A stretch of 58,066 nt of DNA from an uncultured bacterium (GTDB lineage: Bacteria > Krumholzibacteriota > Krumholzibacteriia > Krumholzibacteriales > Krumholzibacteriaceae), in assembly GCA_964457905.1 (NCBI GenBank), contig CAYWGA010000005.1:1-58066 (forward strand). The letters are read 5' to 3'. Positions 48,624 through 57,792 of the stretch are shown piece by piece. The position numbers and the translations under genes were made by a program. The notes under the pieces are model-generated. The model saw only the letters and a list, made by a program, of their open reading frames with translations. It did not search any database and had not been told where the DNA came from. Position 1 is the first letter of the stretch; each line of letters starts with the position of its first letter.

Positions 48624-49406
48624 CTACTCTCTGTTTCCTTCCGCTGTTCCCTCGATTACATCGACGATCCTGCGGCAGAAAATTGGGGCTGCCATTTTCG
48701 CAAATTCCTCGTTCGGGTGGGAGTTCGTCGGGCTCCTGGCGAATTCCTCCTTGAGGTAGAGCCCTCCATCGGTTTCAAGCTCGAAAAAATCCCAGGTGAA
48801 GATGTTGTCTCCCGGCTCATCCCACTCGCCGGTGACCCACTCGGAGAATTCCCTCGCCCTCGCGGCCTCGCCTTCGTTCGTCCTTCCCTCTACGAGGGCG
48901 GCGGCCGTCCACACGATAAACTTCGTGCCGGGGAACTCACGCATCTTCGACTTGAGCGCCTCGTACTGGAGACGATAGTTCTCGAGCCGCTTCTCACTCG
49001 ATGCAGCATCGGGAGCCCCGGTGTCGGGGAGTACGCCGCTTACGGGGAAGCAGTGCTTCCACACGATTACATCGTACTTTTCCGTCAGCATCTCGAGTGT
49101 CGGTTCATCCTTGAACGCCCCGGGGCCGGCATTCTCTACCCAGATATTCCAGTAATCGAACGGGTAGTTGTTCCAGCCGTAGGGTGACTCCTTCGGGAAC
49201 GCGATCTCACTGATCTCGTACCTCGTTCCGTTCTCACGATTGTGCTGCCTGAAACACCCCTTTACCCCTCCATCCCAGACCGCTTTACCGGTGCTGTGAT
49301 GGAGAAAGGCGATCCTGACACGCTCACCGCTTCCGCCGGAACCGCAACTGGTGACGGCTGCCAGGGAGGCGGCAAGGAAACAGAACAGTCTCTTGATCGA
49401 GTTCAC
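48624..49406 (-). CDS. Lipoprotein, weakly SGNH-hydrolase-like
   Basis: 260 aa, GTG start preceded by GAAGGAGGGG. Lipobox AAVTSC|GSG. IAFLHHSTGKAVW (block I-like Ser), VIVWKHCFP, FIVWTAAALV, and NSHPNEEFAKMAA (block V-like His). Confidence 0.6.
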   Translation of the reverse strand: MNSIKRLFCFLAASLAAVTSCGSGGSGERVRIAFLHHSTGKAVWDGGVKGCFRQHNRENGTRYEISEIAFPKESPYGWNNYPFDYWNIWVENAGPGAFKDEPTLEMLTEKYDVIVWKHCFPVSGVLPDTGAPDAASSEKRLENYRLQYEALKSKMREFPGTKFIVWTAAALVEGRTNEGEAARAREFSEWVTGEWDEPGDNIFTWDFFELETDGGLYLKEEFARSPTNSHPNEEFAKMAAPIFCRRIVDVIEGTAEGNRE

Positions 49407-49484
49407 TGGACCCCTCCTTCGAGGCGATTAAATCAAATGACCAAGCAATATAATGCAATAATCAGGGGAAATAAATAAGAAATG

Positions 49485-50426
49485 TTATTCTTTGGTGGCC
49501 AGAAACTGCGCGAGCCGGGTAATATGCCCTTCATTTGTCCCACAGCAGCCGCCGAGGAGCTTTATGCCGTATTCTGTCCTCAAAGAGGCCATCGCGCCGG
49601 CCCATCTGACCGGGTCGTCGGTGTCGATCTCGGCCCGGCCCTCGAGCTCGTCGGGGGAGAGGAGCGACGCGTTAGCCTGAAGACCGACGAGACGTCCCGA
49701 GTCAACAAGAGGAGCGTTGCGGTCACGACCGAGGGCCCGAGCGAAGTTAGCCGGATGTATGCAGTTACACATGTGGAAGACGGGCGGATTGCAACCGGAA
49801 TCGTCGATTTGCCCGACCGCTTCCTCCAGGAATGTGCCGTCAAGAAGCCTGCCGTTTTCCCTGATAACATAGCTCATCACGAGATCCGCACCCGCGTCCG
49901 AGGCAGCCATGGCGATTCCGGCCGCCTCCTCGATAGAAGGCAGGGTCGACGCGAGGATAAACCCGGCCCCTCCTTTCAGGAGCGCTTCGACCTGGGGGGC
50001 GTGGTACCGCCTCGCCTCGTTGCGGGGCAGCGCCTCGTCCGGCTGGTAGGCGTCCCCCCTGCTCCCGATCAGCCCGCCGATGAATATCCTGTCGGCCATA
50101 CCGGGATATTCCGACGCGATCTCCCTCATGAACTCAACGCATGAAATGTTCACGAGGCCAAGGTCGAGACCCGCCCTCCCGCACCCTTCGGCTCCCGCCT
50201 TCCACGTCGGCGCGAGCACCATGATCGGGAGGCCATATTCGGCCGCGACATCGATGTATGAGCGGTAGATCGTCCTGAGCTCCTCCCTGCCCGATTCCTC
50301 CAGGACGAGGGGGGCAGCGAGGATATGTCTGTCGAGGGGCCCGCCGCTTCTGCGGAGCCGTTCGATCACGGCACCTTCGGCGAGGATCGCCCTTTCCTCC
50401 ATCACTGCCTGTCCGAGCTCTCTCAT
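49485..50426 (-). CDS. Homocysteine S-methyltransferase family protein (MmuM/MetH N-domain-like)
   Basis: 313 aa with a C-terminal zinc-ligand motif LLGGCCGTNEGHI and an additional Cys in FHMCNCIHP. TIM-barrel-like pattern. The start overlaps the MATE stop by 4 nt. Confidence 0.8.
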   Translation of the reverse strand: MRELGQAVMEERAILAEGAVIERLRRSGGPLDRHILAAPLVLEESGREELRTIYRSYIDVAAEYGLPIMVLAPTWKAGAEGCGRAGLDLGLVNISCVEFMREIASEYPGMADRIFIGGLIGSRGDAYQPDEALPRNEARRYHAPQVEALLKGGAGFILASTLPSIEEAAGIAMAASDAGADLVMSYVIRENGRLLDGTFLEEAVGQIDDSGCNPPVFHMCNCIHPANFARALGRDRNAPLVDSGRLVGLQANASLLSPDELEGRAEIDTDDPVRWAGAMASLRTEYGIKLLGGCCGTNEGHITRLAQFLATKE

Positions 50427-51799
50427 CCGCTCTCCTCAATATGTACAAGGATATATCTTACCACGAACCAGGCCAGGACCCCCGAAACGACATACGAGAT
50501 GCCCACGCCGGCGAAAAGCCCCTTCAGGCCGGCAACCCTCATCCCCGCCCAGGCCAGGGGAATGGCCAGCAGGAAGGTCTGGCCCGCGGCTAGTATGGCA
50601 GCATGTATCGGCCTGTGAAGCACGTTCAGTACGAACGATAATATCACGAAGATCCCGAACATGCAGTATGTTGCCGCCACCGTCCTCGTGTAGAGGACTA
50701 TCGTCGCGATGACCTCCGGATCGCCGCTGAAGATCGCCGCGATCGGGCGGGCGAACAAAGCGAGCAGGGCGAACATCCCGATACCCCAGAAAAAGGAGAA
50801 CCTGTTGCTCAGCGAGATCCCTTTCCTTACCCTGTCGAGCTTCCCCGCTCCCCAGTTCTGGCCAACGAAGGGGCTGAGGACACTCGAAAGAGCGAAGACG
50901 ACGGCCAGGGCGAAGAACTCGATCTTGGTCGCCACTCCGAACCCGGCTACCGCCTTCGGGCCGGTCTTCGCGATCATGCTCGTTATCACACCGACGCCGA
51001 TCGGAATAATGATCCTCGTCGCGGCTGCCGGCAGCCCGATGTAGAGGATCTTCTTCCATGATTCGAGCACGTCGGCGAAGGGCACACGTTCGAATGTGAG
51101 CATCTTCATCCTGAAGTGGACTATATAGAAGGAAAGGGAGAAGGTGATCATTCGCGTAAAGACGGTGGCCACCGCCGCCCCAGCCAGGCCGAGGCGGGGG
51201 AAGGGGCCGATCCCGAAGATCAGGAGGGGATCGAGGATGATATTGGCGAAAACCGCCGTCAGCATTATAAGGGCGGGGGTCTTCGTGTCCCCGTTGGCGC
51301 GGATCGCGTTATTGCTGACCATCGGAAAGAAGACGAAGAAGAGGCCGGCGAACCATATCCCCATGTAGGTCTTCACCATCGGCAATATCGTCATGTCGGC
51401 GCCGAGGGCGCGGAACACGGGGTCCATCGTGAGATACCCGGCTGCTACGAAAACGACAACGGCCATCAGCGCCAGGCTCAGGCTGTCGGTCGTGAGGCGT
51501 CGCACGGCGTGGGAATCACCCCTGCCGATCGCCCTCGAGATTACCGTAGAGGCCCCTATGCCGATCCCCATGGTGAACCTGATGATCACGAGGACCACGG
51601 GGAAGGTGAAGCTCAGGGCGGCCAGCTCGGTCGTGCCGAGCCTGCCGACGAAGAATGTGTCGGTCAGGTTGAAGGCGACCATACCGACGATTCCAGCCAC
51701 CATGGGCACGGTCAGCCTCGTCAGGGTCTTCCCGACCGGGCCTTCTGTCAGTACGGCCTTCCAGCGACCTTTTTCGGATTCAGATGTCTCTTCTGACAT
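50423..51799 (-). CDS. MATE-family efflux transporter
   Basis: 458 aa with about 12 hydrophobic segments. N-terminus LTRLTVPMVAGIVGMVAFNLTDTFFVGRLGTTELAALSF is typical of MATE (NorM/DinF-like) proteins. Confidence 0.85.
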   Translation of the reverse strand: MSEETSESEKGRWKAVLTEGPVGKTLTRLTVPMVAGIVGMVAFNLTDTFFVGRLGTTELAALSFTFPVVLVIIRFTMGIGIGASTVISRAIGRGDSHAVRRLTTDSLSLALMAVVVFVAAGYLTMDPVFRALGADMTILPMVKTYMGIWFAGLFFVFFPMVSNNAIRANGDTKTPALIMLTAVFANIILDPLLIFGIGPFPRLGLAGAAVATVFTRMITFSLSFYIVHFRMKMLTFERVPFADVLESWKKILYIGLPAAATRIIIPIGVGVITSMIAKTGPKAVAGFGVATKIEFFALAVVFALSSVLSPFVGQNWGAGKLDRVRKGISLSNRFSFFWGIGMFALLALFARPIAAIFSGDPEVIATIVLYTRTVAATYCMFGIFVILSFVLNVLHRPIHAAILAAGQTFLLAIPLAWAGMRVAGLKGLFAGVGISYVVSGVLAWFVVRYILVHIEESG

Positions 51800-51922
51800 A
51801 TGCCCCTTTTCTCCATTTTCGGGGTTGTTTCATTTCGGGCCGGAGTTTATTATATTATTCCTCGTAGAGAGGCAGTTAGTTTAATTTTCGATGGGCCAGG
51901 ACCTTTAACAGAGGTGAATCGA

Positions 51923-53035
51923 ATGATCATTGGCATTCCGAAGGAAATAAAGAAGGACGAGCACCGAGTTTCTCTGCTCCCCGTTGGCGCGGAGATCCTC
52001 ACCAAGAAGAAGCACACAGTTCTCGTTGAGAAGGGCGCAGGCCTCGGCAGCGGAATCAGCGACGCCGAGTACCGTGCCGCTGGCGCGCGGATCCTCCGCT
52101 CCGCCGACGAGATCTGGAAAAAAGCCGACATGATCATCAAGGTCAAGGAGCCCCAGCCGATCGAGATCAAGAGGTCGCGCAAAGAGCAGATCATCTTCAC
52201 ATACTTCCATTACGCTGCGAACAAGCCCCTCACCATGGGCATGCTCAAGAGCGGCGCGATCTGTATAGCTTACGAGACGATGGTCGGAGCCGACGGCACC
52301 CTTCCTCTGCTCACCCCGATGAGCGAGGTCGCCGGCCGCATGGCGATCCAGGAAGGCGCCAAGTATCTCGAGAAGCCGATGGGCGGACTCGGGATCCTGC
52401 TCGGCGGAGTCCCCGGTGTCGAGCCCGCTCACGTGACGATCATCGGCGGCGGAGTTGTCGGCACGCACGCGGCGAAGATGGCTGCCGGCCTCGGCGCCAA
52501 CGTGACGATCCTTGACATCGACCTCGAGCGTCTGCGCTACCTCGACGACGTTCTTCCCGCCAACGTGACGACACTGATGTCGAACCCGGCGAACATCCGC
52601 TCGGAGATCGCGAAGGCCGACCTCGTAGTAGGCGCGGTCCTGATCCCCGGCGCGAAGGCTCCGAAGCTCGTCACCCGCAGGATGCTCAAGCTGATGAAGC
52701 AGGGCTCCGTTATCGTCGACGTCGCAGTCGACCAGGGCGGCTGCATCGAGACTATCGAGCCGACGACGCACTCGAAGCCGATCTACGAAGTAGACGGCGT
52801 CATCCATTACGCCGTGGCGAACATGCCCGGTGCGGTCTCGCGCACATCGACCTACGCGCTGACCAACGCGACCTTCCCCTACGCCCTCGAGATCGCGAAC
52901 AAGGGCTGGGTCAGGGCCGCCAAGAACGACTGGACGATCTGGACGGGCATTAACACGCTTCGCGGAGTAATCACCGACGCCGCCGTGGCAAAAGCCTTCA
53001 AGATGAAGTACACGGCGCTCGAAGACGTTATATAG
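51923..53035 (+). CDS. ald: Alanine dehydrogenase
   Basis: The ORF track starts at 51800. I prefer [20 protein letters not shown] at 51923, with GAGGTGA upstream. NAD fold [22 protein letters not shown] and C-terminal [11 protein letters not shown]. Confidence 0.95.
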   Translation: MIIGIPKEIKKDEHRVSLLPVGAEILTKKKHTVLVEKGAGLGSGISDAEYRAAGARILRSADEIWKKADMIIKVKEPQPIEIKRSRKEQIIFTYFHYAANKPLTMGMLKSGAICIAYETMVGADGTLPLLTPMSEVAGRMAIQEGAKYLEKPMGGLGILLGGVPGVEPAHVTIIGGGVVGTHAAKMAAGLGANVTILDIDLERLRYLDDVLPANVTTLMSNPANIRSEIAKADLVVGAVLIPGAKAPKLVTRRMLKLMKQGSVIVDVAVDQGGCIETIEPTTHSKPIYEVDGVIHYAVANMPGAVSRTSTYALTNATFPYALEIANKGWVRAAKNDWTIWTGINTLRGVITDAAVAKAFKMKYTALEDVI

Positions 53036-53065
53036 ATCTGTCATTGGAGACGGCGGACAGAAGAA

Positions 53066-53094
53066 GACCCCCGGTGCAACGCCGGGGGTTTTTT
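53066..53094 (+). terminator. Rho-independent terminator of ald
   Basis: ACCCCCGG-tgcaacg-CCGGGGGT followed by a T-run (tttttttat). Confidence 0.8.
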
Positions 53095-53101
53095 TATGGG
53101 C

Positions 53102-53133
53102 AAAAAGAAGCCCCCGGCCTGGGACCGGGGGCT
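53102..53133 (-). terminator. Rho-independent terminator for a minus-strand transcript
   Basis: The minus strand reads AGCCCCCGG-tcccagg-CCGGGGGCT followed by TCTTTTTG. It sits back-to-back with the ald terminator. Confidence 0.75.
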
Positions 53134-53298
53134 GTATGATCATCGGCGGATTTGTGGGTGCAGGGCTAGCCTTGCGGCACGCCTCATGCGCCGCCGAATC
53201 TCAAGGTCATAACGCCGGCCGATGGCGCACACTTCATCAATTCACCACACTCGCCGCGGCTGGGGCTGACCGACTCTGGAGCCTTACGACTCCGAAGT
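53102..53298 (-). ncRNA. Candidate ~200-nt small RNA or long pdxJ 3' UTR, class unknown
   Basis: Bounded by a TTGACA-N17-TATCTT promoter-like element (53333-53305) and the strong terminator at 53133-53102. Contains local hairpins (CGACU-UCGG-AGUCG, GCC-GCAA-GGC, GCGCC...GGCGC). No convincing ORF. Confidence 0.25.
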
Positions 53299-53304
53299 CG
53301 AAGC

Positions 53305-53333
53305 AAGATAATGAAAGGTCCGGCTCGTGTCAA
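53305..53333 (-). promoter_or_regulatory. Promoter-like element embedded in the pdxJ-proximal hairpin
   Basis: The minus strand reads TTGACA (53333-53328, in the hairpin loop), a 17-nt spacer, then TATCTT (53310-53305). Confidence 0.3.
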
Positions 53334-53345
53334 CACGGCCGGACC
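53317..53345 (-). terminator. Hairpin about 30 nt downstream of pdxJ (terminator candidate, possibly bidirectional)
   Basis: GGTCCGGC(t)CGTG-tcaa-CACG-GCCGGACC. It is followed by TTTCATTATCTT on the minus strand and by ATTTAATTTATT on the plus strand. Confidence 0.5.
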
Positions 53346-53373
53346 ATTTAATTTATTAAATCGATTTTTTTTC

Positions 53374-54093
53374 TTACCTGACCATCAGCGCGACCATCTC
53401 CTGCACCGCCTGCTCGACTCCGACGAAGACCGCGCGCGCGATGATGCTGTGCCCGATGTTGAGCTCTTCTATCTCCTCGATGAGCACGATCGGGTGGACG
53501 TTGTGATAGGTGAGTCCATGGCCGGCGTGCACGTTCAGGCCGTACCTCTTCCCCGCCGTCGCTCCGTCCTCGACCGCCCGAAGCGTATCGCCGGGGCCCC
53601 GCCTCGAAGCGTTGGCATACTCGCCCGTGTGTATCTCTATCGCGTCGAACCCGAGCTTCGCCGCTTCCTTTATCTGGGCCTGGTCGGGTCCGATGAAGGC
53701 GGCTGTCCTGATGCCCCCGTCCTTCAGCGCCTTGACCGTCGACGCGTATCTTTCGCTCTCCCTCAGGAGATTGAGGCCACCCTCGGTCGTTACTTCCTCT
53801 CGCCTCTCCGGCACGAGGGTGACCGAGTCGGGGCTCATCGCCAGAGCGATCTCCTGCATCTCTGGGGTCGCGGCCATCTCGAGGTTGACCTTTGTCTGCG
53901 CCATCTCGCATATCAGCCTCGCGTCACGGTTCTGTATGTGGCGCCTGTCCTCACGAAGGTGAAAGGTCACCTGGTCCGCCCCTCCCATCTCGGAAAGCAT
54001 CGCCGCCGTGACGGGATCTGGTTCGGTCGTCTTCCTCGCCTCGCGAAGTGTGGCGACATGGTCTATGTTCACACCGAGTCTCAACCTGTTCAC
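53374..54093 (-). CDS. pdxJ: Pyridoxine 5'-phosphate synthase
   Basis: 239 aa. RLGVNIDHVATLREARKTTEPDPV, VTFHLREDRRHIQNRD and IEIHTGEYA match the PdxJ TIM-barrel signatures. Confidence 0.95.
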   Translation of the reverse strand: MNRLRLGVNIDHVATLREARKTTEPDPVTAAMLSEMGGADQVTFHLREDRRHIQNRDARLICEMAQTKVNLEMAATPEMQEIALAMSPDSVTLVPERREEVTTEGGLNLLRESERYASTVKALKDGGIRTAAFIGPDQAQIKEAAKLGFDAIEIHTGEYANASRRGPGDTLRAVEDGATAGKRYGLNVHAGHGLTYHNVHPIVLIEEIEELNIGHSIIARAVFVGVEQAVQEMVALMVR

Positions 54094-54122
54094 TCCTGAC
54101 CTCCCTTGTGCCCGGGGACCGT

Positions 54123-55304
54123 TCAGTTCCCCATCATCTCGGTTATTCTGACTATTCTTACGCCTTCTCTCTCGGCTTCCTCACCGAGCCACCGGAGATG
54201 TTCAGCGTTTCCCTTCCTTATATGCATTATAGCCGTCACGCTGCCGCTGCGCGAGGCGATTGAAAGCGCCTTCCGCATATTCTCCCTGACATCGTCACCT
54301 TTGTTGTCGAGGAAGATGTCGTTCCGCAGCGTCTTGACTCCCGCCTTTTCGGCTGCCTGAAAGACGACCGATTTTGACGATGTATAACTGTCGACGAAGA
54401 AGAGCTTCTTTCTGCGGCATACCTTCATCACCGATTCCATCACGCGCATGTCGGCTGTCGCCTTCGAGCCCATATGGTTGTTCATCCCGATCGCACCCGG
54501 CGTCGCTTCCAGGGCCTTCTCGACAATCTTCTCTATCTCACGGCCGCTCATCGCCGTACGGACGAGCGGTATATCGCCCTGGTCGTTGCCGTCCTTCTCT
54601 GGTTCCATCGGCAGGTGGCAGATGACATCCTTGCCCGCCTCCCTCGCCTGGCGGCAGATCTTCTCTGAATGCTCCAGCCCCGGGATGACCGAGACAGTGA
54701 ACGGGACCTCGAGGGCGAGGAATTCCCTGACGCGCCTGTTGTTGAAATATCCGAAGTCATCGACGATCACGGTGATCGACGGACCGGTCGGCCTGTCCGA
54801 TTCCTTCGGAGGCTTGCGGCCCATCCTGAAGACGCACCTGTGGGTGATCGTGCGCCTCGTCCCGACCTCCATCTCGATAACGCGGCCGCCCTTCTTCTCG
54901 ACGCACTTTCTGACGCGGCCGCCTTCCGAGCTGACCGCCCTGGTGATCGCCGTGTTGAGCTGAAGGAGAGAGTGCCCTGAGGGCAGGTCCCCCTTGACCA
55001 TCGATACGGGGCCGGGCTGGCCCGGTTCGTCGGCGGTCGAGAGAGAGATCGACTTCGCCGGTATCCCGGTCTCTGTCGCGCTTTCCTTTATACCTTCGCC
55101 CAGGCCGGATTGCACCTCGGCGTAATACCTGTCGAATCCGAGATCGAGGAGGAACACCTTTCCGCGGGGAGTATCGACATACTTGACGAGGGCAAAGAAT
55201 ACGATCGCCACAACTGCGAGAATTGCCGCTACCCGGCCGAGGCCGGCGCCGGCGCCCGACTTCTTCTTCGCTGCCTTCTTCTTTTTTGTCTTCCTGCCTG
55301 CCAT
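54123..55304 (-). CDS. Divergent polysaccharide deacetylase family protein (YibQ-like), membrane-anchored
   Basis: 393 aa with a K-rich N-terminus and one TM segment. ITVIVDDFGYFNNRRVREFLALEVPFTVSVIPG and GMNNHMGSKAT are typical of the YibQ/DUF610 family. Confidence 0.75.
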   Translation of the reverse strand: MAGRKTKKKKAAKKKSGAGAGLGRVAAILAVVAIVFFALVKYVDTPRGKVFLLDLGFDRYYAEVQSGLGEGIKESATETGIPAKSISLSTADEPGQPGPVSMVKGDLPSGHSLLQLNTAITRAVSSEGGRVRKCVEKKGGRVIEMEVGTRRTITHRCVFRMGRKPPKESDRPTGPSITVIVDDFGYFNNRRVREFLALEVPFTVSVIPGLEHSEKICRQAREAGKDVICHLPMEPEKDGNDQGDIPLVRTAMSGREIEKIVEKALEATPGAIGMNNHMGSKATADMRVMESVMKVCRRKKLFFVDSYTSSKSVVFQAAEKAGVKTLRNDIFLDNKGDDVRENMRKALSIASRSGSVTAIMHIRKGNAEHLRWLGEEAEREGVRIVRITEMMGN

Positions 55305-55467
55305 GTCGCCCCGTGGTAAAGGTTCGAGGCGGTCTCGCGCAGACGCGCGCCGCCAGAGGCAGGAGTACTATATGCGCGAGGGGTGTTCTATGTCAAGAAA
55401 CGGGGGGATTTTCAATCACTCTTCTGTTTCTTCAGCTCTTCCTGGTGGATCGCATTAGATACTTCGG

Positions 55468-55496
55468 TTGATATCTCATGGCTCTTCGATTAATCT
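55468..55496 (+). promoter_or_regulatory. Promoter candidate placing the transcription start at or next to the ATG (leaderless mRNA candidate)
   Basis: TTGATA (55468-55473), a 17-nt spacer, then TAATCT (55491-55496). The ATG is at 55503 and there is no SD in the 6 intervening nt. Confidence 0.3.
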
Positions 55497-55502
55497 GGCG
55501 GC

Positions 55503-57194
55503 ATGAAAAAGGAGCACCCGCTCAATCTTGAATTCTGGCTGCCCTTCGGGCTGCTTGCGGCAGCCTTGATCCTATACTGGCCGGCCCTGAAAGTCTTTTT
55601 CAGCCTGGATGACCTGAGGTTTCTTCTCAGGGCTGCGGGCCTGGAAGAATCTCCCCCCGGCTTGAGGCGACTCCTCTCCGTTCAACTATACTTCAGGGGT
55701 GCATGGGTGCTCTTCGGAACCAGGGCACACCAGTATCACCTGGTCACGATCTTTCTGCATGCCGCGAACGCGTGGCTGGTCTACAGGATCTCGTTGAGAT
55801 TGAAATTAACGCAGTTCGCTGGCGTCGCGGCATCCACACTGTTCCTTGTGTCAACGGCAGCATTTCTTCCCCTGCACTGGATCAGCGGTATACAGGAAGT
55901 GTCGATGACCTTCTTCGCACTGCTGGCAGCCTGGTTCTACCTCGGCAGTGGCAAGCCGTCCATGGTCCTAGCTCTCGCTGCGGCGTCCCTCGCTCTGCTC
56001 TGCAAGGAGGCATCGCTTCTCCTCCTTCCCTGTCTCTCATTCACCATTCCCGCTCCAAAATACAGACGGCTGATCCTCGGGATCGGCGGACTGCTGCTGG
56101 GAACCGGTTTTCTCTTACTTTCCGGAAGCCTCGAACCGCGGCCACAGGGTGATCCATATGAGACGGTCTTCGGGATCAACATCCTGTGGAATCTTCTTAC
56201 TTACAACGCATGGCTCATTCGACCCTGGGACTATTTCCCTGACCGCATCCCCCAGTACCAGACTGGACTCGCTCTCTGGGGCTTGATACTGCCCCTCGTC
56301 CTGGCAATCATCGCCTGGCGGTACCCGAGGGCAAGAAAATCACTCGGGAAGGCCTCCCTGCTCTTCTTCGTACTTGCATTACCCGTTCTGGGGCTGGTGC
56401 GTCACAGTTACCTGTACTATCTCTACCTGCCGCTTGTCCCATTCTGGATTCTGACTGGAGTGGCGCTGGGCAGAATATCAAGAGAGAGACTCGCTTTGTC
56501 GATTCTGATAATTGCCGTTGTCCTCTCTGTCGCCTCAGGAGCACTTCACCGCAGGGCGGAGATAAAAGATGGCGTGCCCCTCGATCCAATCCTTCGCTAT
56601 GCATCCATAGCGCGAAGGGGTGTTTCCGCTCTTGGAAATTCCGGGCAGGTCCCTAATGGAAAGATCCTGTTCGTCAGATCGTTCGAAGGCGAGTCGATCG
56701 ACCTTGCAAAGGGCCTGGACGGCAGGACAGGCACCGAACATAGAAAGGTCCACCTTTTCAAGGTCGCGCTGCTTGACGGTGATGCCCTGGAACTTTTCTT
56801 CCCGCGGATCGAATCCGTTTATTTTGAGGGACCTTCAGGAGCTGTTTCCAACTGGCCCGAAATGTACATATACGGCACATACGGGGTAGCAGAAGTCATC
56901 TATCTGGGATTCGGGGAAGATGGGCGAAAGAAATTCGTTTCTGACCTGATTACAGTAAAAATGTATGAGAGGGCAGATAGAGAAGTGGACATATTGTTGT
57001 CGCTCAAAATCGACAGCCCCGAACTATTGCTCCTGAAGGGACAAGTCGCACTATTGCGGGGGGATACGCCACAGTTTCAGCTCGTTCTAAAGAATCTTAA
57101 GAAACTGTTGAACAATGACGCCTTTAAAGATGAAGCTGACAAAGCGTTATCTGAACTTCGGAAACTTTCGGGATCTTATCTTCAATCCGACTGA
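55503..57194 (+). CDS. GT-C-fold membrane glycosyltransferase-like protein (PMT/ArnT/TMTC-like) with soluble C-terminal helical domain
   Basis: 563 aa with at least 10 hydrophobic segments. The first-loop acidic motif FFSLDDLRFL and HQYHLVTIFLHAANAWLVYRI resemble the GT39/TMTC family. The C-terminal ~200 aa are hydrophilic. Confidence 0.6.
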   Translation: MKKEHPLNLEFWLPFGLLAAALILYWPALKVFFSLDDLRFLLRAAGLEESPPGLRRLLSVQLYFRGAWVLFGTRAHQYHLVTIFLHAANAWLVYRISLRLKLTQFAGVAASTLFLVSTAAFLPLHWISGIQEVSMTFFALLAAWFYLGSGKPSMVLALAAASLALLCKEASLLLLPCLSFTIPAPKYRRLILGIGGLLLGTGFLLLSGSLEPRPQGDPYETVFGINILWNLLTYNAWLIRPWDYFPDRIPQYQTGLALWGLILPLVLAIIAWRYPRARKSLGKASLLFFVLALPVLGLVRHSYLYYLYLPLVPFWILTGVALGRISRERLALSILIIAVVLSVASGALHRRAEIKDGVPLDPILRYASIARRGVSALGNSGQVPNGKILFVRSFEGESIDLAKGLDGRTGTEHRKVHLFKVALLDGDALELFFPRIESVYFEGPSGAVSNWPEMYIYGTYGVAEVIYLGFGEDGRKKFVSDLITVKMYERADREVDILLSLKIDSPELLLLKGQVALLRGDTPQFQLVLKNLKKLLNNDAFKDEADKALSELRKLSGSYLQSD

Positions 57195-57214
57195 TTGTCA
57201 TCTCACCAGCATCG

Positions 57215-57778
57215 TCACAGACCGTGATCGTAGATCGCCCTGAGGACCCACTTCGAGGCGTCGCTCTCATCGGGCGCTACGACGATAGTCGCATAGGCCC
57301 TTCCGAAACCTGAGGACCAGACCGTTCCGTCATTGCTGAACTGGACGCGGATGTGATAGCTCCTCATCGTCGCCCTGCAGCCTTCGCATGTCAGGCCGTT
57401 TATCTCCGGATGATCGTCCCAGTTCCCGCTCCCTGTGATAGAGAGAGTCAGCCCGGACTGGTTCTCGAAGATCCACCTGGTCGAGGCGATATCCTCGTCC
57501 CTGAGGAAGAACTTGCTTTCCCCGACATCTACATCGTCGGGAGCGAGCTCGAAGAAATACTCTGAATGGAGGAAATCCTCATATCTCGTCATCACATCTG
57601 CAAGACCCGGGTTTTCATAGCACAGCGCGAGGGCCTGCACCACTTCGTCTTCGGTCGTCATCTCGGGCCATGTCGTGGGAGGTGGCTCCTTGATCGGTTT
57701 GACCGCCTCGTCGAGGCAGGACGGAAGGAACGCGAGCGCCGCAAGCAGCGCGAATATTATCAATGATCTTCTAAACAT
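57215..57778 (-). CDS. Small lipoprotein of unknown function
   Basis: The ORF track starts at 57832. I prefer MFRRSLIIFALLAALAFLPSC|LDE at 57778, with AGGAGG upstream. It is paralogous to the truncated gene at the window edge. Confidence 0.7.
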   Translation of the reverse strand: MFRRSLIIFALLAALAFLPSCLDEAVKPIKEPPPTTWPEMTTEDEVVQALALCYENPGLADVMTRYEDFLHSEYFFELAPDDVDVGESKFFLRDEDIASTRWIFENQSGLTLSITGSGNWDDHPEINGLTCEGCRATMRSYHIRVQFSNDGTVWSSGFGRAYATIVVAPDESDASKWVLRAIYDHGL

Positions 57779-57792
57779 GTCCCCTCCTGATA

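Noticed and set aside
53262-53300. The + strand string GGGGCTGACCGACTCTGGAGCC resembles the 5' end of tmRNA
   Set aside because: There is no tag reading frame, no T-arm (GGTTCGAATCC-like) and no CCA end within a plausible distance. The remaining sequence before the hairpin is far too short for tmRNA.
53136-53351. 71-aa + strand ORF in the ald-pdxJ spacer
   Set aside because: It has no SD, low-complexity A/G/R-rich sequence, and runs through two terminator hairpins. The region is more plausibly non-coding.
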